Shown here: positions 22,192-31,878 of the stretch, in pieces
Layout: every line of letters starts with the position of its first letter
How positions within the stretch are numbered: position 1 is the stretch's first letter
Assembly: GCA_965222605.1 (NCBI GenBank)
Contig: OZ244960.1
Span: forward strand, 3,040,001-3,104,000
Length of the DNA stretch: 64,000 bases
Reading direction: 5' to 3'
Source: Candidatus Latescibacterota bacterium
GTDB lineage: Bacteria; Latescibacterota; UBA2968
Made by a program: the position numbers and the translations under genes
Notes under the pieces: model-generated
What the model saw: only the letters and a program-made list of their open reading frames with translations
Database searches by the model: none
Told to the model about the DNA's origin: nothing

Positions 22192-24660
22192 TTATTCATA
22201 TCGCAATATCTCAACGGGATTTGTTCGGGCGGCTTTCCACGCCTGTGTGCTTACGGTTAATAGCGCGATCCCAAATGTCAGGAGGCTTCCCAGCACAAAT
22301 GGGGTTGCGCTGAGTTCAATCCGATAGGCAAAATGCTGCAACCATTGATCCATTGCCAGATAAATTATCGGATAGGCGATTAGATTTGCTATTCCGACGA
22401 GTATGACAAAGTCTCTGCACAGCAGTATTACGAGATTCCAAACGGACGCGCCCATTACTTTGCGTATGCCTATTTCCCGTGTGCGCTGTTCTGCGGTGAA
22501 GGCCGCCAGCCCCAATAGCCCCAGACACGCTACAAAGATCGCGATGACAAATGCCGCGCTGAATATTTGCCCCGTGCGCTGGTCGTCCCGATACCAGCGT
22601 TCCAATTCGTCGGCCGCAAAGGCGATGGCAGGCGAGCGCGTGGGAAGAAATTGCGACCAGGTGCGTTGTAGAAATGCCATTGTTTCTGAGATTTCTTGCG
22701 GACGAATCCGCATGGAGAGGTGGCTGAGGCGATACCACGCCGCTGTGATGACCAATGGCTCGATGGTTTCGTAGAGGTGTCGATAGTGAAAGTCTTTGAC
22801 TACGCCAATTACATGTCCTTTTCGGACGTGTGAGTTCAACACTTTGCCTATGGGGTCTGTCCAGCCAAATACCTTTGCTGCGGTTTCGTTTATGACGAAT
22901 AATTCGCCGGGTTTGCCGCGTCTTTCCCACGCGCGTTCCGCATAAATGCGGTCGTAATTTCGCCCGGATAGCAGGGGAATGTCGTAGCAGTCTATAAATG
23001 TCTCGTCTGCGCCAAATACCCGCACTTCAACGCCCCGATCCAGATCGCCTTCTGGGAAGAACCACTCGCGGTTGGGCCAACTATGTCCCGGCAAATCCGA
23101 TGTTGCCGATGCGGTTGTGATGTTCGGGTGCTGTGAGAAGGCGTCTCTGATCTTAAGATACCGTTTTTGCAACTGTCCGCCATCACTTAGATATCGGTCT
23201 TGTCGGAAGATAGAGGCGACGACGACTTCATCTTTGTTAAATCCCAGGTCTTTTTCCCGGATCAATCGCATCTGATCGGCTACGATTATGGTTCCGATGA
23301 CCAGTACAATCGAAATGGCAAATTGTAATACGACGAGTGCTTTTCGCACGCAGGCCTGGGCTGAGCCGGCTTTGATTGACCCGCCCTTCAAAACGGTCGC
23401 GGGTTCGAATGCAGAGAGGTAGAGTGCGGGATAGCTTCCGGATAATAGTCCGACAAACAGGGTGATTCCGAGTATCCAAAGGGTCAATCCCCTGTCCAGC
23501 ATCAGGTTTTCCTGCACAAATGCGCTGAATGGGGGCAGTGCGAGATATACCAATCCGAGTGCTATACATGCGGATAGGGATGATAATAGCAGGGCTTCGC
23601 CCAGGAATTGCTTTATTAGATGCGAGCGAGACGCGCCTACGACTTTTCGCAGCCCTACTTCTTTTGCGCGGCTGGCGGATCGGGCTGTGGAGAGGTTCAT
23701 GAAGTTGATACAGGCTATTGTGAGGATGAAAAATCCCACGAGTTCCAGCAAATAAATTTGTTGTATATCTTTGTAGGGTCTTCCCGCATCGCCCGTGAAT
23801 CCGGGCATATCGATTTTGGAATACAGGTGCATGCGCGGCACGGGATGGAGATAATAGCGTACGGTTTCGCTTTCGTCTTCTGCGATTTCCGCGTAGCGTT
23901 CGACCAGTTCCGGTAATTTCCGGGCGATATCTTCGGGTTTGGCATCGGGTTTCAGGCGCAGGTATGTATTTGCCGGGCGCGAGTACGATGGCGGCAACCA
24001 GTGATCCCACGATCTGCGCTGGCGCACGCCCTGTGGCATGGTGGCGGTGATGAAGTCGTATTGAAACCGAGAGTTGTGTGGTGCTTGTCGAATGACGCCT
24101 GTGATTTGATATGTGCCGCCAAATAGGCTGTGATCTACTGTGATTGTTTTGCCGAGTGGATCGGTAGTCCCAAAAAATTTTCGTGCGATGGGCTCTGTTA
24201 TGACGACCGAAAATGGGTTTTGTAATACGGTTTTGGGATCGCCTGCCAATACGTCAATACCGAAGAACGCAAATATATTGGGATCACTTAACCAGAACAT
24301 CTGTTGAAACGATTTTTCCCCAGCGTTCACCCATCTGAGACCAGCCCAAAACCGCGTTGCGTCTTCTATTTCTGGAAATTCTTCGGGCAGTACGGTCGCC
24401 AGTGGTCCTTGCTGGCCCGTGTTCCATGCAATCCGCCCGTTTGCATGTCGGGTTTGTTTCATGACGCGGTAGGTGCGCGCTACTTCTGGGCGAAATTCGT
24501 CGTAGCTCAGTTCATAGGAGATGTAAATCGCGAGCAATACCGCACACGCTATTCCGAGTGCCAGTCCCGACAGGTTGATCAATGAATAGCCGGGATGTCT
24601 CAGCAGGTTTCGGATGGCGATGGTGAGGTAGTTTTTTCCGAGGTAGAGCGTTTGTTTCAT
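22192..24660 (-). CDS. MacB/FtsX-like duplicated ABC transporter permease
   Basis: KNYLTIAIRNL, ACINFMNLSTARS..RAKEVGLRKVVGA, EQRTREIGIRKVMGA, NPVEILRYE; start moved to MKQTLY. Confidence 0.92.
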   Translation of the reverse strand: MKQTLYLGKNYLTIAIRNLLRHPGYSLINLSGLALGIACAVLLAIYISYELSYDEFRPEVARTYRVMKQTRHANGRIAWNTGQQGPLATVLPEEFPEIEDATRFWAGLRWVNAGEKSFQQMFWLSDPNIFAFFGIDVLAGDPKTVLQNPFSVVITEPIARKFFGTTDPLGKTITVDHSLFGGTYQITGVIRQAPHNSRFQYDFITATMPQGVRQRRSWDHWLPPSYSRPANTYLRLKPDAKPEDIARKLPELVERYAEIAEDESETVRYYLHPVPRMHLYSKIDMPGFTGDAGRPYKDIQQIYLLELVGFFILTIACINFMNLSTARSASRAKEVGLRKVVGASRSHLIKQFLGEALLLSSLSACIALGLVYLALPPFSAFVQENLMLDRGLTLWILGITLFVGLLSGSYPALYLSAFEPATVLKGGSIKAGSAQACVRKALVVLQFAISIVLVIGTIIVADQMRLIREKDLGFNKDEVVVASIFRQDRYLSDGGQLQKRYLKIRDAFSQHPNITTASATSDLPGHSWPNREWFFPEGDLDRGVEVRVFGADETFIDCYDIPLLSGRNYDRIYAERAWERRGKPGELFVINETAAKVFGWTDPIGKVLNSHVRKGHVIGVVKDFHYRHLYETIEPLVITAAWYRLSHLSMRIRPQEISETMAFLQRTWSQFLPTRSPAIAFAADELERWYRDDQRTGQIFSAAFVIAIFVACLGLLGLAAFTAEQRTREIGIRKVMGASVWNLVILLCRDFVILVGIANLIAYPIIYLAMDQWLQHFAYRIELSATPFVLGSLLTFGIALLTVSTQAWKAARTNPVEILRYE

Positions 24661-24688
24661 GGGATATAGGTGTGATGTGTGAAGTGTG

Positions 24689-24796
24689 ATCCGCAGATGA
24701 CGCAGATGAACGCAGATAAAAAAGAGGGGCTGGGGACTGGGGGCTGGTTGGACGTTGGTGGTTGTCATCGCGGCATGCTGTTGAGCCGCGATCCAG
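24689..24796. repeat. Cluster of small intergenic repeats
   Basis: (CGCAGAT)x3 in ATCCGCAGATGACGCAGATGAACGCAGAT, 7-nt GGGGCTG/GGGACTG tandem units, and a CGTC-type REP GTCATCGCGGC-loop-GCCGCGATCCAG (24764-24796) whose arms match 48141-48200. Confidence 0.65.
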
Positions 24797-25134
24797 AAGG
24801 TTTTGACTGTCCCGCGCAGCACAACGCAGTCATCCAGTTCTTTTCATCATACTCAGAGATTTTCATTCGTTCAAGGGTTTTTTCGTTGAACTACTCCCCG
24901 CTTACCCCATACAGGGACATGCATTGCAGTGGTACACCATTCAGAACCCATACGGATCGCTGGGCAGGGTTTTGAGTTGCGGCAGGTTGTGGTTTATCTT
25001 ATTCTTTTTACGATCCCCGCGCCTGTTGTTAAACTTTACAAGCGACTAGCCTTGCTCTGGGGCGAATGGGTGGGAGCTACACTCGAAGCACAACACCAGT
25101 AAAACTGATCGCTACATGTGGTGGAGGTATCGGT

Positions 25135-26568
25135 ATGAGCATGACAATACGGTTAAAAAATCTTGGCATCTTAAAGCATGCGGAATTTTCGCTGGGCGAT
25201 TTGACCATTATATGCGGTGAAAATAATACCGGCAAAACCTATACCGCCTACGCATTGTACGGTTTCTTGCGGTCCTGGCGTGAACTTATGGATTTTTCGA
25301 TTGGCGATGCTCAGATACAAAGGTTGCTTACAGAAGGTGTCCTCACTATCGGCTTATCACAATATGTGAAAACAGCAAATCAGATGCTTGCGGAGGCCTG
25401 TAAGAAGTATAATCATCAACTGGATGAAGTTTTTGCGGCAACAGAAGGCACATTTGATAAAAGTGAATTTCAAGTTCAGGTAGGAACTCCCCATATACTT
25501 GAAGAAGATGAACTCAAAATGAGGTTCACTGATGGTGATTGGCAATTTGACGGTGATTGGCAATTTGACGGTGATTGGCACGTTAGCTGTGAAAAAAGAA
25601 AAGGGAGTCAAGAGCTAATATTTACTTTGCAGGCAGAGAAAAAAAGGCGAAGAAGAGAAATGCTTTCCCGTATTGCAAACAGGTTTATTCATGACAGGAT
25701 CAGTGATATTATTTTTTTAAAGTCCCTTTCTTTTGCCTTTATCACTTCAACGGAGCGCACGGGTGTGGCTATTTTTCGGAGAGAACTAAATTTTGCTCGC
25801 AACCGCCTGCTTGACGAGATGGCGCAGGCAAACAAAGTGGCTGATTCTCGGGACTTGCTGTCCAAAGGGTACCAAAATTACCCTTCGCCAATAGAAGCCA
25901 ATGTAGAATTTACAGGGCAGCTTGAATACATTTCAAAAAGAAAAAGCTTTATCACCAAAGAACATCCCGATGTATTGGAAGAATTTGCTGATATTATCGG
26001 TGGCGATTATAGCATAACACAAAATGACCAGCTATACTATATCCCCAGAGGGACGGGGATCAGGTTGACGATGGATCAAAGCTCAAGTGCTGTGCGTTCA
26101 TTGCTGGATATGGGTTTTTATCTGCGCTATGTCGCCCATAAGGGGGATCTGCTTATGGTGGATGAGCCGGAATTGAGCCTTCATCCCAAAAACCAACGTC
26201 GTATCGCCAAACTTTTTGTGCGGTTGGTGAATTTGGGGATTAAAGTCTTTGTAACGACCCATAGCGATTACATCGTCAAAGAACTGAATACGCTTATCAT
26301 GCTTAATCACGATAAGCCACACTTGAAAAGAATAGCGAAAGAAAACGGTTATCGGGATGATGAGTTGATCAGTTCAGACCAGGTTAAAGTGTATATGGCG
26401 CAAGAAGATTTGATCCCATTAGAAGAAGGACAAAAGAGGCGCAGAAGAGGTCATACGCTTGTGGAGGCTGATATTGATCCAGAGCTTGGCATTGAAGCCC
26501 CCAGCTTTGACGAGACTATTGATGACATGAACAGGATTCAGGGGGATATTGTGTGGGGTGGGGAATAA
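25135..26568 (+). CDS. AAA_15/AAA_21 (AbiEii/OLD-like) ABC-type ATPase
   Basis: LKNLG, Walker A GENNTGKT, Walker B LLMVDEPELSLHP, VTTHSDY; GGAGG RBS before MSMTIR. Confidence 0.88.
   Translation: MSMTIRLKNLGILKHAEFSLGDLTIICGENNTGKTYTAYALYGFLRSWRELMDFSIGDAQIQRLLTEGVLTIGLSQYVKTANQMLAEACKKYNHQLDEVFAATEGTFDKSEFQVQVGTPHILEEDELKMRFTDGDWQFDGDWQFDGDWHVSCEKRKGSQELIFTLQAEKKRRRREMLSRIANRFIHDRISDIIFLKSLSFAFITSTERTGVAIFRRELNFARNRLLDEMAQANKVADSRDLLSKGYQNYPSPIEANVEFTGQLEYISKRKSFITKEHPDVLEEFADIIGGDYSITQNDQLYYIPRGTGIRLTMDQSSSAVRSLLDMGFYLRYVAHKGDLLMVDEPELSLHPKNQRRIAKLFVRLVNLGIKVFVTTHSDYIVKELNTLIMLNHDKPHLKRIAKENGYRDDELISSDQVKVYMAQEDLIPLEEGQKRRRRGHTLVEADIDPELGIEAPSFDETIDDMNRIQGDIVWGGE
25531..25580 (+). repeat. 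In-frame 18-bp tandem repeat (DGDWQF x ~2.8)
   Basis: GATGGTGATTGGCAATTT GACGGTGATTGGCAATTT GACGGTGATTGGCA. Confidence 0.9.
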
Positions 26569-26572
26569 GATC

Positions 26573-27139
26573 GTGAATGATATTGAAATATTACAGGAAA
26601 TGCTCATCTCTCAGGCGCAGGTTCCATTGCAACAGGAACAAGGTAGGGTCTCTGTCGAACTAACCGACATGCAAGCCAAAACAACTGTTGTCATAAAAGA
26701 ACTACCTCCTGACTCAATTGTTATCAAAACGGATGTTTTTGAACTCAGACGCGCCTTCTTTGCGGGTTCAAAGGACGAACGCAGGCGAGCGGATTTCGTG
26801 ATTGTATCCCATGAGGATACGAAAAAGTGGATTATCTGTATTGAAACAAAAAAAGGCAGAATACAAAAAAGTGAAGTTATTGCACAATTACGAGGAGCGC
26901 GATGTGTTATGGATTATTGTAAATCTATAGGAAGGGAATTTTGGACAGCAAAAAGATTTCTCGAAGGCTATGAGTTCCGATTTGTAGGCATAGCACATAT
27001 TAACGTTCCAAAACAACCAACGCATTCCACTCCCGACATTCAGTCCCAGGGAGAATTACATAGCCGACCTGATGTTTTTCTGCAAATTTTAGGGAGTTCG
27101 GATCTCTCTTTTAGCAACTTAATTGATGAGGCATCCTGA
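26573..27139 (+). CDS. Hypothetical protein, putative PD-(D/E)XK nuclease partner of the ATPase
   Basis: RADFVIV...WIICIETKK...IAQL resembles a D..ExK core; starts 4 nt after the ATPase stop. Confidence 0.65.
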   Translation: MNDIEILQEMLISQAQVPLQQEQGRVSVELTDMQAKTTVVIKELPPDSIVIKTDVFELRRAFFAGSKDERRRADFVIVSHEDTKKWIICIETKKGRIQKSEVIAQLRGARCVMDYCKSIGREFWTAKRFLEGYEFRFVGIAHINVPKQPTHSTPDIQSQGELHSRPDVFLQILGSSDLSFSNLIDEAS

Positions 27140-27205
27140 TGGCACTTAATTCCCTTTAATTATACGATACCTCTCTTGATAACAGAATTAAAATCCGTGA
27201 ACACA

Positions 27206-27826
27206 TCACATTGTATTCATACGAATAACTTTACGACGACGTATTTCAACCTTTGTGATATTTTTTAACGTCCATTCTTCTGGCTCACGCCCTCGTTGGC
27301 TATACCGTGCATAAAAATGTATAACATCCCCTTCAGTAATATACTCAGCCCATTTTCCTTTACTCACAGATGTATAAGTACGTGTAATAGATTCTCCAAA
27401 TGTACCATAATGAAATAGTACTCGTGTATTTGATACTTCCCCACACGTAACTTCTCCGCACTTATCATAAACTAAAAACACATCGGATAAACGTACCATT
27501 TCCAATTCTTCCGGTCCCTTATACCAATAATTGGGTTCTTTGTAAATCTTTTTAACCGTGGCACAAAAGCGTTGTCTGGGCATCTTGTTTGTCCTCATAA
27601 CAGGATAAAATGATAATACAGAAAAAGTTTCACTATGCTGTACCAATTCTAAATTTTTCCTGTGTATCCTCGTATGTTCGGACAAAATATCCAATGCTTC
27701 TTTTTCACCCCAAAGACCCTCTATATCTACCAGCCATCTGTTAGGCAACAATCCGTCAACCACAGGATAAAAACCAAGTTTTTCTGGTTCTTTTTCCACA
27801 TGTACCTTCCAAGCCGGTCCTAACAT
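27206..27826 (-). CDS. Hypothetical protein, AT-rich
   Basis: 206-aa ORF in visibly AT-rich DNA; no family recognised. Confidence 0.6.
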   Translation of the reverse strand: MLGPAWKVHVEKEPEKLGFYPVVDGLLPNRWLVDIEGLWGEKEALDILSEHTRIHRKNLELVQHSETFSVLSFYPVMRTNKMPRQRFCATVKKIYKEPNYWYKGPEELEMVRLSDVFLVYDKCGEVTCGEVSNTRVLFHYGTFGESITRTYTSVSKGKWAEYITEGDVIHFYARYSQRGREPEEWTLKNITKVEIRRRKVIRMNTM

Positions 27827-28064
27827 ATTTACCTGTCGTATTATCCCTTAACCCACACACACCAGAATCAAAATTTGAACTGGGAAAAGAACCAATCCGG
27901 CTCTTTTTTTTCTTTTGACTCATGTCCCAGACCCTCCAAATGATTAGCAAACATCTCTTGATATTTAAATCCTATCCACTTTTCACACCTCCAAAATACT
28001 TAAAACCTAAATACTGTAAATATAAATAATTTCAATAATTTACACTGACACACCGGACGTTTTG

Positions 28065-28209
28065 TATATAAGCCCCTTTTTAATCTTACTTAGAGAGGTA
28101 TATTCTTTTTCAAGGCATTTTTTCGTTAAACACACATAACCCGGACAAGGGGAAAAGCAATCCGATGGAATATAGTAGCCCGATTTTATATAAGCCCCTT
28201 TTTAATCTT
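28065..28209. repeat. Exact 23-bp direct repeat
   Basis: TATATAAGCCCCTTTTTAATCTT at 28065-28087 and 28187-28209. Confidence 0.9.
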
Positions 28210-28214
28210 TTAGA

Positions 28215-29502
28215 GTGGAGATACCGCCTGAGTTTTGCGTCACGGCAGAGGGGAATACCTATGGCGGCGATATCCGGATGGGCGATCTTGAGGGAAAAGG
28301 GCGGGCGGACTTTCTGGTGTATCGGTCTGTTGACGATGCACATGACGGCGGGGGCATGAAGCCTTGTTTTCTCGGCGCTTTTACCGCGGATGGTGAGGTT
28401 TTGTGGCAGGTGGGAGAGGGTGGCGTCCAGCCCAGCCGGCCCGGTCCTGTCGCTATTTACGATATTGATGGCGATGGCGCTGAGGAAGTTATTTGCTTTT
28501 TCCTCGATCCTGCGGTCGAGGCCGATCCCGATTCGATGGCGAATGTTGTTGTTCAGATTCGGGACGGCGCGACTGGCGATCTCAAGCAGAAAGATAGTCC
28601 CGCTGAGTTGCGGGCGTGTCGGGGACAGGGGGCGAATTGGGTGCATCAGCGTATTATGATTGCCAATTTCCGCGGGACCGATGCCCCTCGAGATTTTGTG
28701 ATTAAGCTCGGGGGCAAGGTCATTGCTTTTGATGAGGATCTTCGAGTTCTTTGGACCTATGAAACCAAGTGGACAGAGTACAGCCGATGTCCCGCGTACA
28801 TTCCCTCGGTCGGAGATATTGACGGCGATGGCAGAGATGAGGTCAATGGCGGATATTTTTTATTAGATCACGATGGGACGGTGATCTGGGAAAACCAGCT
28901 TGGATGGAATATGGATTCGGTGGTGATCGCGGAATGGGATAATGGCGAGGTGCGCGCCATCTGTTCTGGCTTCGGGCATGTGATGGATCATTGCGGAAAT
29001 GTGGTTCTTGCGACTCGGCGAAGAGTTGGTTCCTCACGGTCAGGAGGTCAGAGTGGCGCGATTTAGCGCGTGCGATCCGTCTCCCCAGATGGTGATTCGA
29101 TATCAAGGGCACAATACGGATGTCATGGTCGTGGATACAAAGGGGAACTGTCTCAACGATTTCCGCCTTAACCCTTCTCCCAACAACACGGGTATGGAGG
29201 TCGTGTACTGGAATGGAGCGGACGCGCCTGCGCTTCTGTACAATGGTGGGATGCTGTGGCAGCCTCTTGAGGGGACCTCTATCCCACTGCCGGATCTTCC
29301 GGCACCCGAACCTGTTGGACGCATGGCCTGGTATCACTGCATTCCTGCGGATGTGTGCGGAGACGAACGGGAAGAACTGGTTCTGTACAATCCATGGGAT
29401 ACCGCCATCTATATTTATACTCCGCATCCCCTGGACGACAGTTTGTATCGTGGGATACCACCCCACTGCCCGAGACAATACAATGTCAGGTTGATGGATT
29501 AA
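28215..29502 (+). pseudogene. FG-GAP/beta-propeller protein (rhamnogalacturonan lyase PL11-like), frameshifted near 29010
   Basis: Ca-binding repeats YDIDGDGAEE, GDIDGDGRDE, ADVCGDEREE are split across two overlapping ORFs that join as ..GNVV-LRLGEELVPHGQE after removing 1 nt. Confidence 0.72.
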
Positions 29503-29595
29503 GGACATCGTTCGGCAAGAAATCTATCTGGTTAATATTATCGTTTGGAGTTATATTTTAAGTCAGCAGAGCATTTCATACAAGGAGCCACAGAA

Positions 29596-29784
29596 ATGGC
29601 TGATTTACTTCAACAGGTAGTCTCAGAGATCCAAAAACTGCCAGCAGACCAGCGGGATGCCATTGCCGCACGTATTCTAACGGACCTGAAAGATGAGCAG
29701 GCCTGGACAGAACGTTTTGAAGCCACAACTGATGAGCAGTGGGATCGTTTGGCTGAAGGAGTAAGAAGGGAAATTGAAGTGTAG
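29596..29784 (+). CDS. Small putative antitoxin (orphan, possibly 3'-truncated)
   Basis: AGGAG RBS; LLQQVVSEIQKLPADQRDAIAARIL..EQAWTERF resembles small antitoxins that usually precede RelE/ParE toxins; no toxin follows. Confidence 0.55.
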   Translation: MADLLQQVVSEIQKLPADQRDAIAARILTDLKDEQAWTERFEATTDEQWDRLAEGVRREIEV

Positions 29785-29803
29785 CGAAAGGTGTAATCGG
29801 ACC

Positions 29804-30127
29804 TTATTTTTCTGAAGCCCAACGGACTCTTTCAAACCGTTGGGCTTTTTCTATCTTCAGGAGGAGGTGGGCAAGTAGGCTCTCTGCCGTTTCAAATGCA
29901 CTGGAAGATCGGCCCTCCCGCTCGTCTCGTTCAACTTCTCGCTCGCCTTTTTGCCATGACTCCAGCCACCAGTACTTCTGCTCTGGATCGATAAGACCTG
30001 CTTTAGCAGCCACGTTGACCTCTGCCTCGGTTAATCCTTTGGAATTAAGCATGTCCTCGTTGATGGTCTTGATCTTGTCTTTTGCCCGCGCGAGAATCCG
30101 CGTAGTATAGCTTGTTTTTTGGTGCAT
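29804..30127 (-). CDS. Putative antitoxin-like protein (orphan)
   Basis: IDPEQKYWWLESWQKGEREVERD..GRSS.AFETAESLLAHL matches the C-terminal motif of AbrB/MazE-type antitoxins; inverted repeat AACAAAATG/CATTTTGTT (30161-30187) upstream. Confidence 0.6.
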   Translation of the reverse strand: MHQKTSYTTRILARAKDKIKTINEDMLNSKGLTEAEVNVAAKAGLIDPEQKYWWLESWQKGEREVERDEREGRSSSAFETAESLLAHLLLKIEKAQRFERVRWASEK

Positions 30128-30210
30128 CTTGATTTCAACCCTTGTGGCATTGATAGGTGTAACAAAATGCTTGTCAACCATTTTGTTGACAAAGACGAGG
30201 AGCAATAACG

Positions 30211-31866
30211 TCACAATAAACACGTCTTTGCTTGCAGTTCATCGACGAGAACTTTCTGGTTTTCAGAGTAATCCACGGGCACTTCGACGACATGTACGCC
30301 GCCGTCGGCATAACATTGTTCCAGCAGGGAGACAGTCATTTCTGTAGATTCCACGCGATGCCCATGTGCGCCGTAGCTGTTGGCGTACATGACAAAATCC
30401 GGGTTGTTAAATTCCAGTCCAAAATCGGGAAGCCCCATCCCGTATTGTTTCCAGCGGATCATGCCGTAGGAATTGTCTTTTAAGATCAACACAACGAGAT
30501 TGAGGTTGAGTCTTACGGCTGTTTCCAATTCCTGGCTGTTCATCATAAAACCACCGTCGCCGCAAATCGCCATCACCTGCCGGTTGGGATAAAACCGCGC
30601 GGCTTCCATTGCCGAGGGCAGGCCCGCGCCCATGGTGGCAAGGGCATTGTCCAGCAATACGGTATTGGGCTGTGTGGTTGGGTAGTTGCGCGCAAACCAG
30701 ATTTTGTACACGCCGTTATCCAGCGCAATAATGCCGTCTTCGGGCATGACTTTGCGGACGTCCCAGACGAGGCGCTGTGGTTTTACTGGAAAGCTGTTGT
30801 CGTCCTCTCCCAGACGAATGTGTTCTTGAATCTGTTCGCGGATTCGCATGTAGTAGTCGAAGTCGTGCGAGGCTGTTTTGCCGGTTTTATCGGCAAGGCG
30901 CCGGATCGTATTTGCAATGTCGCCGACCACTTCCAATTGCGGAAAGTAAACATTATCTACCACAGCCGTTCCGAAGTTGATATGGATAACGCGGGTTGCC
31001 CCCTCGTCGTGTGACATGAAAAATGGCGGTTTTTCCACCACGTCGTGCCCGACGTTTATGATCAGATCGGCGCGTTCGATGGCACAATGGAGATAGTCGC
31101 CATCGGATAGTGCTGCGGTGCCCAAAAACAGGGGGTGGAGGCCGCCAACGACGCCTTTGCCCAGTTGGGTATTGAAAAAGGGAATGCCGGTTTTGTCGAG
31201 GAAGTGCGCCACAGATTCCCTTATGCGCTTGCGGTTGGTGCCCGCGCCCAGGAGCAGCAAGGGCCGTGTGGCTTCTTTGATCATTTTGACAGCATCGTCA
31301 ATGGCGCGTTCGTTGGCATCGCCGCGCATGCAGGTGCTGATATTAAAGACCGGTGTGGTGTGTTCATCAACTGGCTCTTCGGCAACATCTTCCGGCAATT
31401 CCAGATGCACGGCACCGGGGCGCTCTTCTTGTGCCAGACGAAATGCCTCCCGCACCATAGAGGGGATCATATCTACGTTGACAATTTGTCTGGTGTATTT
31501 TGTGAGGGGTTCCATCATACTCACGACGTCGATGATCTGAAATTGGCCCTGTTTGCTCTTTTTGATGGGCTTTTGGCCCGTGATCATGAGCAGAGGCATG
31601 CCGCCTAATTGGGCATAGGCGGCACCCGTCACAAAATTGGTCGCGCCGGGACCGAGTGTGGCAAGACAAACGCCCGTCTTGCCCGTAAGCCGTCCATAGG
31701 TCGCAGCCATAAACGTAGCGCCCTGTTCATGCCGCGTCAGAATGAGTTTGATGCTCGATTTGCGAAGGGCTTCCAAAAAGGCGAGGTTTTCTTCTCCCGG
31801 CACGCCGTAGATATACGCCACGCCTTCATTTTCCAATGCTTTGACAAATAGGTCCGAAGCGTTCAT
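30211..31866 (-). CDS. Acetolactate synthase-like ThDP enzyme, large subunit
   Basis: YGVPGEEN, TRHEQGA, TLGPGATN, GDGGFMMN..E, DNSYGMI. Confidence 0.92.
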   Translation of the reverse strand: MNASDLFVKALENEGVAYIYGVPGEENLAFLEALRKSSIKLILTRHEQGATFMAATYGRLTGKTGVCLATLGPGATNFVTGAAYAQLGGMPLLMITGQKPIKKSKQGQFQIIDVVSMMEPLTKYTRQIVNVDMIPSMVREAFRLAQEERPGAVHLELPEDVAEEPVDEHTTPVFNISTCMRGDANERAIDDAVKMIKEATRPLLLLGAGTNRKRIRESVAHFLDKTGIPFFNTQLGKGVVGGLHPLFLGTAALSDGDYLHCAIERADLIINVGHDVVEKPPFFMSHDEGATRVIHINFGTAVVDNVYFPQLEVVGDIANTIRRLADKTGKTASHDFDYYMRIREQIQEHIRLGEDDNSFPVKPQRLVWDVRKVMPEDGIIALDNGVYKIWFARNYPTTQPNTVLLDNALATMGAGLPSAMEAARFYPNRQVMAICGDGGFMMNSQELETAVRLNLNLVVLILKDNSYGMIRWKQYGMGLPDFGLEFNNPDFVMYANSYGAHGHRVESTEMTVSLLEQCYADGGVHVVEVPVDYSENQKVLVDELQAKTCLL

Positions 31867-31878
31867 GCTTCCTCCGTG

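Noticed and set aside
24890-25000. Short minus-strand frame ending ..SLYGVSGE*, possibly another orphan 3' end
   Set aside because: No matching gene end found in the window, so it cannot be assigned.
27756-27950. Frameshifted N-terminus of the 27206-27826 ORF via its poly-A tract
   Set aside because: An in-frame stop lies between the tract and the downstream ATG, so slippage there would not fuse them.
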